A stretch of DNA of 64,000 bases from positions 2,998 to 66,997 of the forward strand of contig JBAZLC010000001.1 of the NCBI GenBank assembly GCA_041650415.1, in the 5' to 3' direction. Made by a program: the position numbers and the translations under genes. Origin of the DNA: Minisyncoccota bacterium. GTDB lineage: Bacteria > Patescibacteriota > Minisyncoccia > UBA6257 > UBA9933. How positions within the stretch are numbered: position 1 is the stretch's first letter; each line of letters opens with the position of its first letter. This document shows, piece after piece, positions 20,861 to 30,687 of the stretch. Below the pieces are notes generated by a model. It was not told the DNA's origin. It made no database searches and saw nothing but the letters and a program-made list of their open reading frames with translations.

Positions 20861-21262
20861 TTAGGCGACGGTTTGTTTTAAGAATTCCTTTCCTCTTTCA
20901 ATGAAATTCACTTCCAGTTCTTTAAGGGAAAACTTTTCTTTGAAATATTCCAAAATTTTTTCTTTAGGCATGTCGTTGCGGCAGGTGTAAACATCGGCGC
21001 TGATAAATCCCTTCTCTGGAAAAGTATGAATACTGATATGGCTTTCCGCTATCATCACAAAGCCTGAAATCCCTCCCTGGTCTTTTTCGGTAACCGGTGG
21101 CGCGATAACGACATATGGAGGCATCAATTTATGCATATCCACTTCTCCCGGCAAGTTATTCAAGACGTTAAAAACCAATTCAAAATTTTTCAACTTTTCT
21201 TTGTCGCCTCCGTAGCCGTCAATGGTCAGATGGACTCCGAAATTCATTTTTTGTTCTTCCAT
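20861..21262 (-). CDS. speH: S-adenosylmethionine decarboxylase proenzyme (SpeH type)
   Basis: 133 aa. GVHLTIDGYGG...ESHISIHTFPE is the pyruvoyl-dependent AdoMetDC signature. Confidence 0.8.
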   Translation of the reverse strand: MEEQKMNFGVHLTIDGYGGDKEKLKNFELVFNVLNNLPGEVDMHKLMPPYVVIAPPVTEKDQGGISGFVMIAESHISIHTFPEKGFISADVYTCRNDMPKEKILEYFKEKFSLKELEVNFIERGKEFLKQTVA

Positions 21263-21405
21263 TTCAAATCGTATAAAATCATAAATTACTTTAAAAAATT
21301 CCCGACTGATAAATTTTTACAACATATGAAAGTGTAAATCAAGGTGGATAACTCAAAAAAGAAAAAGCCCCGCCAAGTCCAAAGACAAGGCGGGGCGATA
21401 ATCGG

Positions 21406-21759
21406 CTAAGGGCCGTAATACATTTTAAAAACCGCTACGAACCACAGGAAAACTCCTATAGCCCAAACAATTATACCTGCCAACTGCCACAAATCCCATA
21501 ATATAATTTGTGAAGAGATCGCACAAAGGAATAAACCACCGACTGACAAAATGGCAGTCGTCGATCTCTTAAATGTAAACAAAGTAAATATTACCACGAC
21601 GATGCCTACAGCGATCTCAATAAATGAATTTGTGGCGACTGCTGCGGCGACCAGAGCAATCGACCCCGTCATAAGCCAGAAAAACAGAAAGAGAAAAATT
21701 ACAGCTGTCGAAACCAAAACGGCGGTCGGGGCAAACTTTAACACCTTTGAAAATTTCAT
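21406..21759 (-). CDS. Hypothetical membrane protein
   Basis: 117 aa with three or four TM helices. GGAAGGTG Shine-Dalgarno upstream. A GCCCCGCC...GGCGGGGC hairpin with a T-run downstream on the minus strand (about 21355-21395). Confidence 0.5.
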   Translation of the reverse strand: MKFSKVLKFAPTAVLVSTAVIFLFLFFWLMTGSIALVAAAVATNSFIEIAVGIVVVIFTLFTFKRSTTAILSVGGLFLCAISSQIILWDLWQLAGIIVWAIGVFLWFVAVFKMYYGP

Positions 21760-21832
21760 TACGCACCTTCCTTTCTTTTTCTGTAAATGTACGTTTAGCC
21801 AAAATGGCCTAATTATTACCCGACAAAATTTG

Positions 21833-21904
21833 TGCCCCCACGAGGAATCGAACCTCGATTACAAGATCCGCAATCTTGCGTCCTATCCGTTGAACGACAG
21901 GGGC
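21833..21904 (-). tRNA. tRNA-Arg (anticodon GCG)
   Basis: Manual cloverleaf: acceptor GCCCCUG/UGGGGGC (two G-U pairs), D-loop AACGGAUA, anticodon stem CAAGA/UCUUG with loop UUGCGGA, T-arm CGAGG-UUCGAUU-CCUCG. CCA is not encoded. Confidence 0.75.
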
Positions 21905-21910
21905 AATATT

Positions 21911-22465
21911 TTAAAATCCAACTAATTTTGAAAATGAATCGGCGATCGAAACATTATATTCTTCTTCAGGAATATATTTGGCTAAAAATTCTTTTATTTC
22001 TTTTTCTTTTTCCTTTGGGAAAATCATTTTTAAATACGGCGAGATTTTTTTATTCGTTCTTAAAACTAATTCTTTTTCCCAAATGTCAAAACCGATAATT
22101 TCTTCATATTTGTAAAATCTTGAAGCGATTGATTTGCCTCTTTGTGGGTCTATCTCCACACCTTTGTCGTTAATGGTGAATTTCCAGACTGCCGGTTTTT
22201 GCCCGCCGGAATAAACTACCACCAGATAAGCGATTACCGTGAAAACCGCAAACAAAAAATTCTTTTGCCAAACCGCCAATGCCAAAAGACAAAACGCGAT
22301 TATCAGACCCATCCAATACCAGGAAACGTCTTTTTCTCTGTATTCAAACTCCGGCGCTTGCCACTCTATCAGTAGGGGGTTTTCTTTCGGAGTTTTTATT
22401 TCAATTTTCTCTGACTCAATTTTATCAGCTTTTTCTTTAACGGGCTTGTTTTTTGCCTTTTTCAT
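21911..22465 (-). CDS. Hypothetical membrane protein
   Basis: 184 aa with a Lys-rich N-terminus, two TM helices and a soluble C-terminal domain. Confidence 0.45.
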   Translation of the reverse strand: MKKAKNKPVKEKADKIESEKIEIKTPKENPLLIEWQAPEFEYREKDVSWYWMGLIIAFCLLALAVWQKNFLFAVFTVIAYLVVVYSGGQKPAVWKFTINDKGVEIDPQRGKSIASRFYKYEEIIGFDIWEKELVLRTNKKISPYLKMIFPKEKEKEIKEFLAKYIPEEEYNVSIADSFSKLVGF

Positions 22466-22505
22466 AATTATGATTATTATAGTTGAGAAATTAGAAAACT
22501 CAAAT

Positions 22506-22577
22506 GCCCTTGTAGCTCAACGGATAGAGCAGCGCTCTTCTAAGGCGAGGATAGAGGTTCGATTCCTCTCGAGGGCA
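22506..22577 (+). tRNA. tRNA-Arg (anticodon UCU)
   Basis: Acceptor GCCCUUG/CGAGGGC, D-arm GCUC-AACGGAUA-GAGC, anticodon loop CUUCUAA, T-arm AGAGG-UUCGAUU-CCUCU. Confidence 0.75.
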
Positions 22578-22680
22578 CATCGTTAAGTATCTTGTATATA
22601 GTATTTTGTATTTAGAAAAATAGGAATTATCTATTGAAAAAAATTCCGGTTTTGTTTATTATAAAATAAATTAAATAAAT

Positions 22681-22698
22681 GCCGCGGTAGCTCAGTGG
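22681..22698 (+). repeat. Orphan duplicate of the first 18 nt of tRNA-Phe (GCCGCGGTAGCTCAGTGG), followed by two hairpins
   Basis: It is an exact copy of tRNA-Phe positions 1-18, located 147 nt upstream of the real gene. After it come perfect hairpins ATATATTCGC-GAA-GCGAATATAT and GGGCGATT-ATAGAAA-AATCGCCC. No full tRNA can be folded from it. Confidence 0.5.
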
Positions 22699-22827
22699 GT
22701 TGGCCGATATATTCGCGAAGCGAATATATTACGGACAACGGGCGATTATAGAAAATCGCCCCGGAAGAGTGCAATGCCGAAGGCTAAATATTTTGAAAAT
22801 TGAAAAGGTTTAATTCGTAGATCATAT

Positions 22828-22899
22828 GCCGCGGTAGCTCAGTGGTAGAGCGCAACTCTGAAGAAGTTGGCGTCGGGTGTTCGATTCACCCCCGCGGCA
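22828..22899 (+). tRNA. tRNA-Phe (anticodon GAA)
   Basis: Acceptor GCCGCGG/CCGCGGC, anticodon loop CUGAAGA, T-arm GGGUG-UUCGAUU-CACCC, discriminator A. Confidence 0.85.
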
Positions 22900-22918
22900 C
22901 AAAATTTATACCGATTAT

Positions 22919-22993
22919 GGTGACTATAGTTCAATGGTAGAACTCCGCTCTGTGGAAGCGGCCACGAGGGTCCGATTCCCTCTAGTCACCCCA
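22919..22993 (+). tRNA. tRNA-His (anticodon GUG) with encoded G-1 and CCA
   Basis: G-1 pairs with C73. Acceptor GUGACUA/UAGUCAC, anticodon loop CUGUGGA, and a genomically encoded CCA. Confidence 0.85.
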
Positions 22994-23037
22994 TTTTTAC
23001 TCCCCTATTTTTATCCCCAAAAGGGCATTGACAAGCT

Positions 23038-23065
23038 TGCGCGGATATATATAATTATCTCGAAC
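23038..23065 (+). promoter_or_regulatory. Sigma70-like promoter (TTGACA-16-TATAAT) upstream of the 23S rRNA
   Basis: Near-consensus -35 and -10 hexamers lie between tRNA-His and the 23S 5' end. Confidence 0.5.
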
Positions 23066-23229
23066 ATGATGAAATTCACAAACATAACATACGGCGGCTG
23101 AAGATCGGCGATTTTATGTTGTCGGTTCTGAAGTCCGCTCTGAGCGGATTTTTTAGTCCCAAAAGTTGTGTTGAAAATTCTAAAATTCAGAAACACGGAT
23201 TCATTGATAACAAAATAAGGAGCATTAAT

Positions 23230-26200
23230 GGGTTAGAGACAAAATTAAGAGCATATGGTGGATGCCCTGACATCAAATGGCGATGAAGGACGTGGCGTGG
23301 CTGCGATAAGCTTCGGGGAGGCGCTTAGCAACCTGTGATCCGAAGATTTCCGAATGGGGAAACCTAATGCGGTAAACCCGCATTATCGTGTTATATAAAT
23401 TAATACGATGCGTACCCGCTGAAGTGAAACATCTCAGTAAGCGGAGGAAAAGAGAAAAACATTTATTCCCTTAGTAGCGGCGAGTGAAAAGGGACATAGC
23501 CCAAACCTATTTAAGTTTTCGCAAGAAAATTTTCGTGGGGGTTGTAAGACTTAGATATTTTAACTTCTAACCACTTTCGGTTTATTCCGATTGTGGTTAG
23601 CGGTTAATAATTTGTTACAAATTTTTTTGTTAGCCGAATCCGCTGGAAAGCGGAGCCATAGCGAGTGATAGCCTCGTAGGCGAAAACGAAAAAACAAATT
23701 TCTTTGTTCTTGAGTACTCCAAAGACAGCAAGCCTTGGAGGAACCCGCCAGCACTATCTGGCAAGGCTAAACACATTTGATGATCGATAGCGAACTAGTA
23801 CCGTGAGGGAAAGGTGAAAAGCAGGCCGGCGAGGCCGATGAAATAGAACCTGAAACCATATGTTTACAAGGAACGGAAGCTCTAAGTGCAGCAGCAATGT
23901 TGCGCGGAGCGACCGTGTGCCTATTGAAGAATGATCCAACGAGTTATTTTGCATTGCTTGTCTAAGCTCTACGGAGCGGAGGCGTAGCGAAAGCGAGTGT
24001 TAAAAGCGCGTTTTTAGGCAGTGCAAAATAGACCCGAAGCCAGACGAGCTTGCCTTGGCCAGGATGAAGTTTCGCGAAAGCGAAATGGAGGTCCGAACCA
24101 GTTGATTGTACAAAATCTTTGGATGAGCTGAGGTAAGGAGTGAAAAGCTAATCGAGTTTGGTAATAGCTGGTTCTCTCCGAAATAGTTTTAGGACTAGCG
24201 CTTCTGTAATATAGATCGGGGGTAGAGCACTGGATGAGCGGTAAAGGACGAAAGTTCGACCATTCAATCAAACTCCGAATACCGGTTTATTAAGAAGTAG
24301 TCAGAATGTGGGGGCTAAGCTCCATGTTCGAAAGGGAAAAAGCCCTGACCGACGTCTAAGGTCCCTAAATATTTGCTAAGTGTTAAAGGTAGTGATTCAC
24401 CAGAGACAGATAGAAGGTTGGCTTAGAGGTAGCCATCCTTTAAAGAGTGTGTAACAACTCACTATTCGATCGGTGAGTCGCGCCGAAAATTTACCGGGGC
24501 TAAGCAAATTACCGAAGACACGGATTCTCCAATTTTTAATTGGAGAGTGGTAGGAGAGCATTTCGGCCAGCACTGAAGGTCGACCCGCGAGGGCGACTGG
24601 AGCGGCCGGAAGAGAAAATGTTGGAATGAGTAACCACGAATGCCATTGAGAAAATGGCACCCCAAAAATCCTAGGTTTCCTCCGCAATGAAAATCAACGG
24701 AGGGTTAGGCGATCCTAAGGCAATGGCGAAAGCCGCAGCCGATGGACAGCAGGTTAATATTCCTGCCCTCCATTATTTTCCGATGAGAGTACGAAATTGA
24801 GTAGGTTGAGCGCCTTAATGGTTTGGCGTTCTCGAAAGAAGATGTTTGTTTGGTAAATCCGGCAGACTGCCTTTAATGGCGAATCTCAAAAAAGAGAAAA
24901 TTTCGCTTCGGCGAGAAATTCAGTTGAGCCAATTTCCAAGAAATTCCTCTAAGGATAAAAATAATGGATTCGTACCGGAAACCGACACAGGTGGATAGGG
25001 CGAGTAGCCCAAGGGGAACGAGTGATTTCTCGTTAAGGAACTCGGCAAAAAAGCGATCGTAAGTTAGCAATAAGATCTGCTCCACGCAAGTGGAGCCGCA
25101 GCGAAAGTACCCTGGCGACTGTTTAACAAAAACACAGCTCCCTGCGAACTCGTAAGAGGATGTATAGGGGGTGACACCTGACCGATGCGAGAAGGTTAAA
25201 GGTGGGAGTGTATGCAGCACTTATTTCACAAATTTTTGCGGAATAAGCGCTGTATATGCTCACTGCCCGAAGCCCTCGTCAATGTCAGCAGTAACTATAA
25301 CTGTTCTAAGGTAGCGCATTTCCTTTTCAGGTAAGTTCTGAAGCGCACGAAAGGTGTAACGACTGGGGGACTGTCTCAACGAGAAGCTCGGTGAAAATGC
25401 GATTCCCGTGAAGACGCGGGATACCTGCAACGGGACGAAAAGACCCCAGGAGCTTTACTGTAGCTTGATATTGGTTTTAAGATTTTGATGCGTAGCGTAG
25501 TGGGTAGCCTTTGAAGCTTTGATTTCGGTCAAGGTGGAGGCGACAATGAAACACCCATTTTTAAAATTTTAAAATCTAACCTGAACGGCAAAAACGTTCG
25601 GGAACAGTGTCTGGCGGGCAGTTTTTCTGGGGCGGAACCCTCCCAAAAAGTAACGGAGGGGTTTATAAAGGTTGGCTAAGCGCGGATGGAAATCGCGCAC
25701 GTCGTGTAAAGGCACAAGCCAGCTTAACGGCAAGGCTTACAAGCCGCGCCGGTACGAAAGTAGAACTTAGTGACCCGACGGCACTTTATAGAAAGGCCGA
25801 AGATAACGGATAAAAGTTACCCTGGGGATAACAGGCTGGTGTGGTCCGAGAGTCCATATCGACGACCACGCTCGGCACCTCGATGTCGGCTCGCCCTAGC
25901 GCCCGGCTGGAGAAGGTCGGAAGCGTTTGGCTGTTCGCCAATTAAAAGGGCACGCGAGCTGGGTTCAGACCGTCGAGCTCATAAACGAAAGTTTGTGGTC
26001 TGGACGGTTTGAGCCCGAGGCAAACGAAGACAAAATAAGACATCATCACAGCGGCCATAAAAAGTAATTTTTATGGACCACGTCAACTAATATCGGTGAA
26101 ATCCTATACTAATCCCGTAGGACAATACCGAGGGAACTTCGACAGAGATTTAAAAGTCGAAGAGACCCGTAGAGACTATACGTTGACCCCCCGCTAGAGC

Positions 26201-26615
26201 GGGGTGAAGATATAGTCCAATGCACTTAGTAATAAGTGGAAACATGTGTGAAACAGGTTGGTCTCTATCTGTTGCAGGCGATGACGCTTGAGGGAAGTTG
26301 ACCCTTGTACGAGAGGATCAGGTTGAACAAACCTCTGGTCTACCGGCTTTGCCACCAGGTGAAGCGCCGGGTAGCTATGTTTGGACGGGATAAGCGCTGA
26401 AAGCATCTAAGCACGAAGCCCCTCCCAAGATTAGGCGTCGTAGACTCGTGGAAGATTACCACGTTGATAGGCTTCAGGTATAAACGTAGCAATACGTGAA
26501 CATCATTTGATTAAGGATTGATGATTGACAGTTGAAGGTTTCGGCCGGAGATTGAAGATTTGAAGTTTGAGATTGAGTGACTAGCCGAGAAGTACTAATA
26601 AGTCATATGTCTCTA
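23230..26615 (+). rRNA. rrl: 23S ribosomal RNA (contains a roughly 273-nt group I intron)
   Basis: 5' end GGTTAGAG...GGTGGATGCCCTGACATC...GCGATGAAGGACG. Conserved domain V sequences and the 3' AAGCATCTAAGCACGAAG end are present. It is about 480 nt longer than the E. coli 23S. Confidence 0.9.
25976..26248 (+). other. Group I intron (ORF-less) in 23S domain V, at the position homologous to the I-CreI-type homing site
   Basis: The insert lies between the conserved GGGTTCAGACCGTCG and TGAAACAGGTTGGTCTC, where E. coli reads GAACGUCG-UGAGACAG. It contains the group I R element GTAGAGACTATACG, a P8-like hairpin CCCCCCGCTAGAGCGGGGTG and the S element AAGATATAGTCC. A GGACGGU internal guide pairs with the exon sequence ACCGUC. 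It has no ORF. Confidence 0.6.
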
Positions 26616-26660
26616 GCCCATTTATGCTCCATATTTTGAATAATTAAATAAATAAATTTA

Positions 26661-26776
26661 GCCGGTGATTTAGCCGCGTGTGCCCCACCCCTTCCCATTC
26701 CGAACAGGCAGGTGAAAGCACGAGGTCCCGATGATACTTTCTGCTTCGGCGGTTGGGAAAGTAGGGTTTGCCGGCT
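26661..26776 (+). rRNA. rrf: 5S ribosomal RNA
   Basis: GCCGGTGATTTAGCCGCGTG...CCGAACAGGCAGGTGAAAGCACG...GGGAAAGTAGGGTTTGCCGGC. The ends close a helix and are followed by a T-run terminator. Confidence 0.8.
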
Positions 26777-26811
26777 TTTTTTTATATTTTTTTTATGATA
26801 TTATTTATTTT

Positions 26812-27875
26812 ATGAAAGGAAAAAGACTACTCAAGCAGCTTCTTTATGGCGCCATTTTTGCGGCTATTTTATTTTTATCGTTTTCTCTTTTTATAATTCG
26901 TTCGTTAAGCCGGCGCCGACGTGCTCCGACAAAATCCAAAATCAAAGCGAAACCGGCATAGATTGCGGAGGTCCCTGTCCCGCTTGCGAAATAAAAGACC
27001 TTTTTAATCTGAAAGTTGACCAAAATCAGATCAAATACTTCCCTGCCGACCCCGAAAAGAAAACAACTGTTTTCTACTTTGAGCTGAAAAATCTTAATTT
27101 AAATTACGGCGCGGATTTCTTTTATTATTATCTCGACCTATTCGATAAAAACGGCAAAGAATTTACACACATTACGGACAGCTCTTCGATTTACGCCGGT
27201 GGAATAGATCATATAGTTAAACTGGCCGATGTCCCCTACGATTCAATCGCCAGTGTCACGGTTGCCACCACCGATATTAACTGGATATCAAAAGATGATT
27301 TTCCGAAACCCAATATCTCATTAAGAGGAATTAAGACTTCGGCCGCGGAAGACGGTGGAATCGTCGTAACCGGCTTCGCGCAAAATAATGAAGCTTTCAC
27401 TCTTTCGAAAATTTTAGTTTCTTCCGTTGTCGCCAATCCGAATGGAATAAAAATCAGCGCATCAAAAACCGAGCTTGAAAACGTCCCGGCTTTTACCGAA
27501 AAACAATTTAAGCTTAATTTCCCGAAAAATATTTCTCTGGCAAGCGGCGAAAAAACAACGGAATATTATAATTTCCAAAAAGATTTAACCATCGGCGCGA
27601 CCGGAGACGACGTTAAAAAACTTCAAGAACTTCTAAAAAGCGAAGGATTTTTAACAAGTGGAAACACCGGCACTTTCGACCAAGCGACTAAAGACGCGCT
27701 TATCCAATACCAGAAAAAATCAAAAATCAGCCCGGCTTCCGGAATTCTCGATTCAAAAACCAGGACTTATATAAACGCTCTTCAAAAGCCGATGCCGGCT
27801 CCTCTTTCCCAATTAATAGATCTGGCAAAAGCCGACCCGTCCAAAACTGAAACCTACATTGAAGGAATTAAATAA
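26812..27875 (+). pseudogene. Membrane-anchored peptidoglycan-binding-domain protein interrupted by a frameshift (pseudogene, frameshift or sequencing error)
   Basis: Frame 1 starts at ATG 26812 (MKGKRLLKQLLYGAIFAAILFLSFSLFII, a TM anchor) and stops at 26959. A second open frame, shifted by one nucleotide, runs from about 26800 to 27875 with no start codon. It encodes about 300 aa including a PG_binding_1-like domain (LTIGATGDDVKKLQELLKSEGFLTSGNTGTFDQATKDALIQYQKK). The listed ORF start at 26731 overlaps the 5S rRNA and is rejected. Confidence 0.5.
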
Positions 27876-27884
27876 AAACAGATC

Positions 27885-29948
27885 ATGAATAGCGATAATT
27901 TCGACAAACCCTATAATCCAAAAGACGTTGAAGAAAAAATTTACGAGTTTTGGGAAAAATCCGGATATTTTGCTCCTGAAGCAGTCGCAAAGCACGCCGA
28001 ATCCCCAAACAGCGATAAAACTTTTACCATCACCGTTCCCCCGCCAAACATTACCGGCTCGCTCCATATGGGCCACGCTTTAAACGCGACCATCCAGGAT
28101 ATTTTAACCCGTAAAAGAAGAATGGAGGGATATAAAACTCTCTGGCTTCCGGGCACGGATCACGCGGGCATTGCCACTCAAAACGTGGTTGAAAAAGATT
28201 TAAAAAAACAAGGCATCAGCCGACACGATCTGGGCAAAGAAAAATTCCTTGAAAAAATATGGGAGTGGAAAGAAAAATACGGCCATATCATTTTAAACCA
28301 GTTTAAAAAACTCGGCGCTTCAATGGACTGGTCGCGGACGCGATTTACCATGGATCCGAACTACCAGGAAGCCGTTAAAAAAGTTTTTCTTCATTATCAT
28401 GAAAAGGGCTGGATGTATAAAGCCGAAAGAATAGTCAATTGGTGCAGCCGGTGCGCCACTTCCCTTTCAGACCTCGAACTTGAATACAAAGAAGTCGAGT
28501 CTTCGCTTTATTATATAAAATATCCACTCAAAGACGGTTCGGGTTTTGTCACAGTGGCGACAACCAGACCGGAAACAATGCTTGGAGATTCGGCTGTTGC
28601 CATAAATCCAAAAGATGAAAAATATAAACCGCTTGTCGGAAAAACGCTCATACTGCCGATAATGGAACGGGAAATTCCTATTGTTTCCGATTTTGCCATA
28701 GATGCCGCTTTTGGAACCGGCGCGGTCAAAGTTACTCCGGCACACGACTTTGTGGACGCGGAAATCGGCGAAAGAAATAAATTGGAAATCCACAAAATCA
28801 TCGGCCAAAACGGAAGAATGACTTCCGAAGCCGGCGCAATTTGCGACGGTTTGAAAATCGCCGAATGCCGGGAAAAAGTCGTTGAAAAACTTAAAGAGCT
28901 CGGACTTTTGGAAAAAGTTGAACCGTACAAGCATAACGTCGCCGTCTGCTACCGCTGCGATACGGTAATCGAACCTTTACCCAGCCTGCAATGGTTTCTT
29001 AAAATGACCGAACTCGCAAAAATGGCGATCGAAGAAGTAAAATCGGGAAGAGTGAAATTCCATCCGCAAAAATGGGAAGGAATTTATTTAAACTGGCTTG
29101 AAAACGTAAAAGATTGGTGCGTTTCAAGGCAAATCTGGTGGGGACACAAAGTTCCACTTGAAGGAGAAGAAGATGTTTTAGACACATGGTTTTCTTCGGC
29201 TCTTTGGCCGTTCGCAACGCTTGGCTGGCCGGATTCCAAAGATTTTAAAGAATTCTACCCCACTCAAGTCCTTTCAACCGCCCGCGACATTATTAATCTA
29301 TGGGTGGCGAGAATGATTTTTTCCGGAGTTGAATTCGCCGGCAAAAAACCTTTCAGCGACGTAATAATCCACGCCACAATTTTAACCAAAGACGGAAAAA
29401 GAATGTCTAAATCTCTCGGCACGGGAATCGACCCCATGACCTTAATCGAAAAATACGGCGCCGACGCGACCCGCTTCGGCTTAATCTGGCAAGCGATGGG
29501 CGGACAAGACATCCATTGGGCTGAAGAACACGTAATGGCTGGAAAAAAATTCGCCAATAAAGTCTGGAATGCTACAAGATTCGTGCTTAAACAAACAACC
29601 GACAATAAACAACTAACAATCGAGCCGAAGTTTGACGATAAAGATTTAACCGCCGCCGATAAAGAAATTTTGGAAAAATTCAAAAATACCAAAGAATCCG
29701 TTTCTAAACAAATAGACGCTTTTGAATTCGGCCAAGCCTTGCATGACTTATACGATTTCTTTTGGCATGATTTCTGCGATGTCTATATTGAAGAGAACAA
29801 AAAACAAAACAGCGGTAAAGAAGTCTTATTTTATGTTCTTATTTCCTCAATCAAACTCCTTCATCCTTTTATGCCTTTCATAACCGAAGAAATTTGGCAA
29901 AATCTTCCCATTGAAAATAAAAAAGCGTTAATCATCGAACAATGGTAA
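27885..29948 (+). CDS. valS: Valine--tRNA ligase (compact, lacks the C-terminal coiled coil)
   Basis: 687 aa. HIGH region PPPNITGSLHMGHA, CP1 editing domain, KMSKS as RMSKSLGTGIDP, and the anticodon-domain motif LHPFMPFITEEIW. It ends about 15 aa after that motif. Confidence 0.85.
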   Translation: MNSDNFDKPYNPKDVEEKIYEFWEKSGYFAPEAVAKHAESPNSDKTFTITVPPPNITGSLHMGHALNATIQDILTRKRRMEGYKTLWLPGTDHAGIATQNVVEKDLKKQGISRHDLGKEKFLEKIWEWKEKYGHIILNQFKKLGASMDWSRTRFTMDPNYQEAVKKVFLHYHEKGWMYKAERIVNWCSRCATSLSDLELEYKEVESSLYYIKYPLKDGSGFVTVATTRPETMLGDSAVAINPKDEKYKPLVGKTLILPIMEREIPIVSDFAIDAAFGTGAVKVTPAHDFVDAEIGERNKLEIHKIIGQNGRMTSEAGAICDGLKIAECREKVVEKLKELGLLEKVEPYKHNVAVCYRCDTVIEPLPSLQWFLKMTELAKMAIEEVKSGRVKFHPQKWEGIYLNWLENVKDWCVSRQIWWGHKVPLEGEEDVLDTWFSSALWPFATLGWPDSKDFKEFYPTQVLSTARDIINLWVARMIFSGVEFAGKKPFSDVIIHATILTKDGKRMSKSLGTGIDPMTLIEKYGADATRFGLIWQAMGGQDIHWAEEHVMAGKKFANKVWNATRFVLKQTTDNKQLTIEPKFDDKDLTAADKEILEKFKNTKESVSKQIDAFEFGQALHDLYDFFWHDFCDVYIEENKKQNSGKEVLFYVLISSIKLLHPFMPFITEEIWQNLPIENKKALIIEQW

Positions 29949-30679
29949 TTTCATACGCATTATTTTTTGCCTTGGGCCTTCTTCCCTCTTTTGCCTGGCT
30001 TATTTTTTTTCTCAAAGAAGACATTCATCCCGAGCCAAAAAAAATGGTTTTAAAAGTTTTCATCTCGGGATTTTTGATAACTTTTGTGGTAATCGCCGTT
30101 CAATTTCTTTTCCAAGACATCTTTAATTTTTATAAAATAGCGGACAGTAATCCTTTCTCGCTTTTTGCTTTCGCTTTAATTGAAGAAATTTTGAAATTTG
30201 CCGCGGTCTATTTTGTAGTAATAAAGTCCAGATTTTTCGACGAGCCTATAGACGCCATGATTTACATGATAGTCGCCGCGCTCGGATTCGCGATGCTCGA
30301 GAATTTGGCGATAATGTTCAGTATTAAAGAGATTTCGGAAGCATTGGGAGTAATTACCGTCCGTTTTGTCGGCGCCACGCTGCTTCATGCCTTAACGGCG
30401 GCAATTATCGGTTATTGGTGGGCTAAGGGGCTGACAGCGGTCAAAATTTGTCCCGCCCCTGAATCGTCACAATCGATTTGTGATTACCCCGAAAACGTCG
30501 ATACGTCAAAAGTTTGGACTCGCATTGCCATCGGTATCGCCATTGCCACCGTCTTGCACACTTTTTTCAATTATCTTATAATGTCATTTGAAGATGCCAT
30601 GATTTATCCGGTAATATTATTGATAATTGTGGCGATGTTTATTTTTTGGGATTTTGAAAAAATTAAAATTAATAAATAA
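29942..30679 (+). CDS. PrsW-like intramembrane protease family protein
   Basis: 245 aa polytopic membrane protein with PrsW/CAAX-type motifs (EEILK, FAMLEN, HALTAAIIGYWWAKG). Confidence 0.55.
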   Translation: MVISYALFFALGLLPSFAWLIFFLKEDIHPEPKKMVLKVFISGFLITFVVIAVQFLFQDIFNFYKIADSNPFSLFAFALIEEILKFAAVYFVVIKSRFFDEPIDAMIYMIVAALGFAMLENLAIMFSIKEISEALGVITVRFVGATLLHALTAAIIGYWWAKGLTAVKICPAPESSQSICDYPENVDTSKVWTRIAIGIAIATVLHTFFNYLIMSFEDAMIYPVILLIIVAMFIFWDFEKIKINK

Positions 30680-30687
30680 TTAATAAC

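Noticed and set aside
20848-20862. Near-palindrome AAACCGCCGCGGTTT at the speH stop codon as a terminator
   Set aside because: It overlaps the stop codon and lacks a downstream T-run on the minus strand, so it is probably coincidental.
23200-23240. Shine-Dalgarno plus ATG (AAGGAGCATTAATGGG) at the 23S 5' end
   Set aside because: It lies in the rRNA leader and 5' end. It is coincidental and not a coding start.
26731-26811. ORF-track start at 26731 for the 76-aa ORF
   Set aside because: Its first 27 codons overlap the 5S rRNA and its T-run terminator. The internal ATG at 26812 is used instead.
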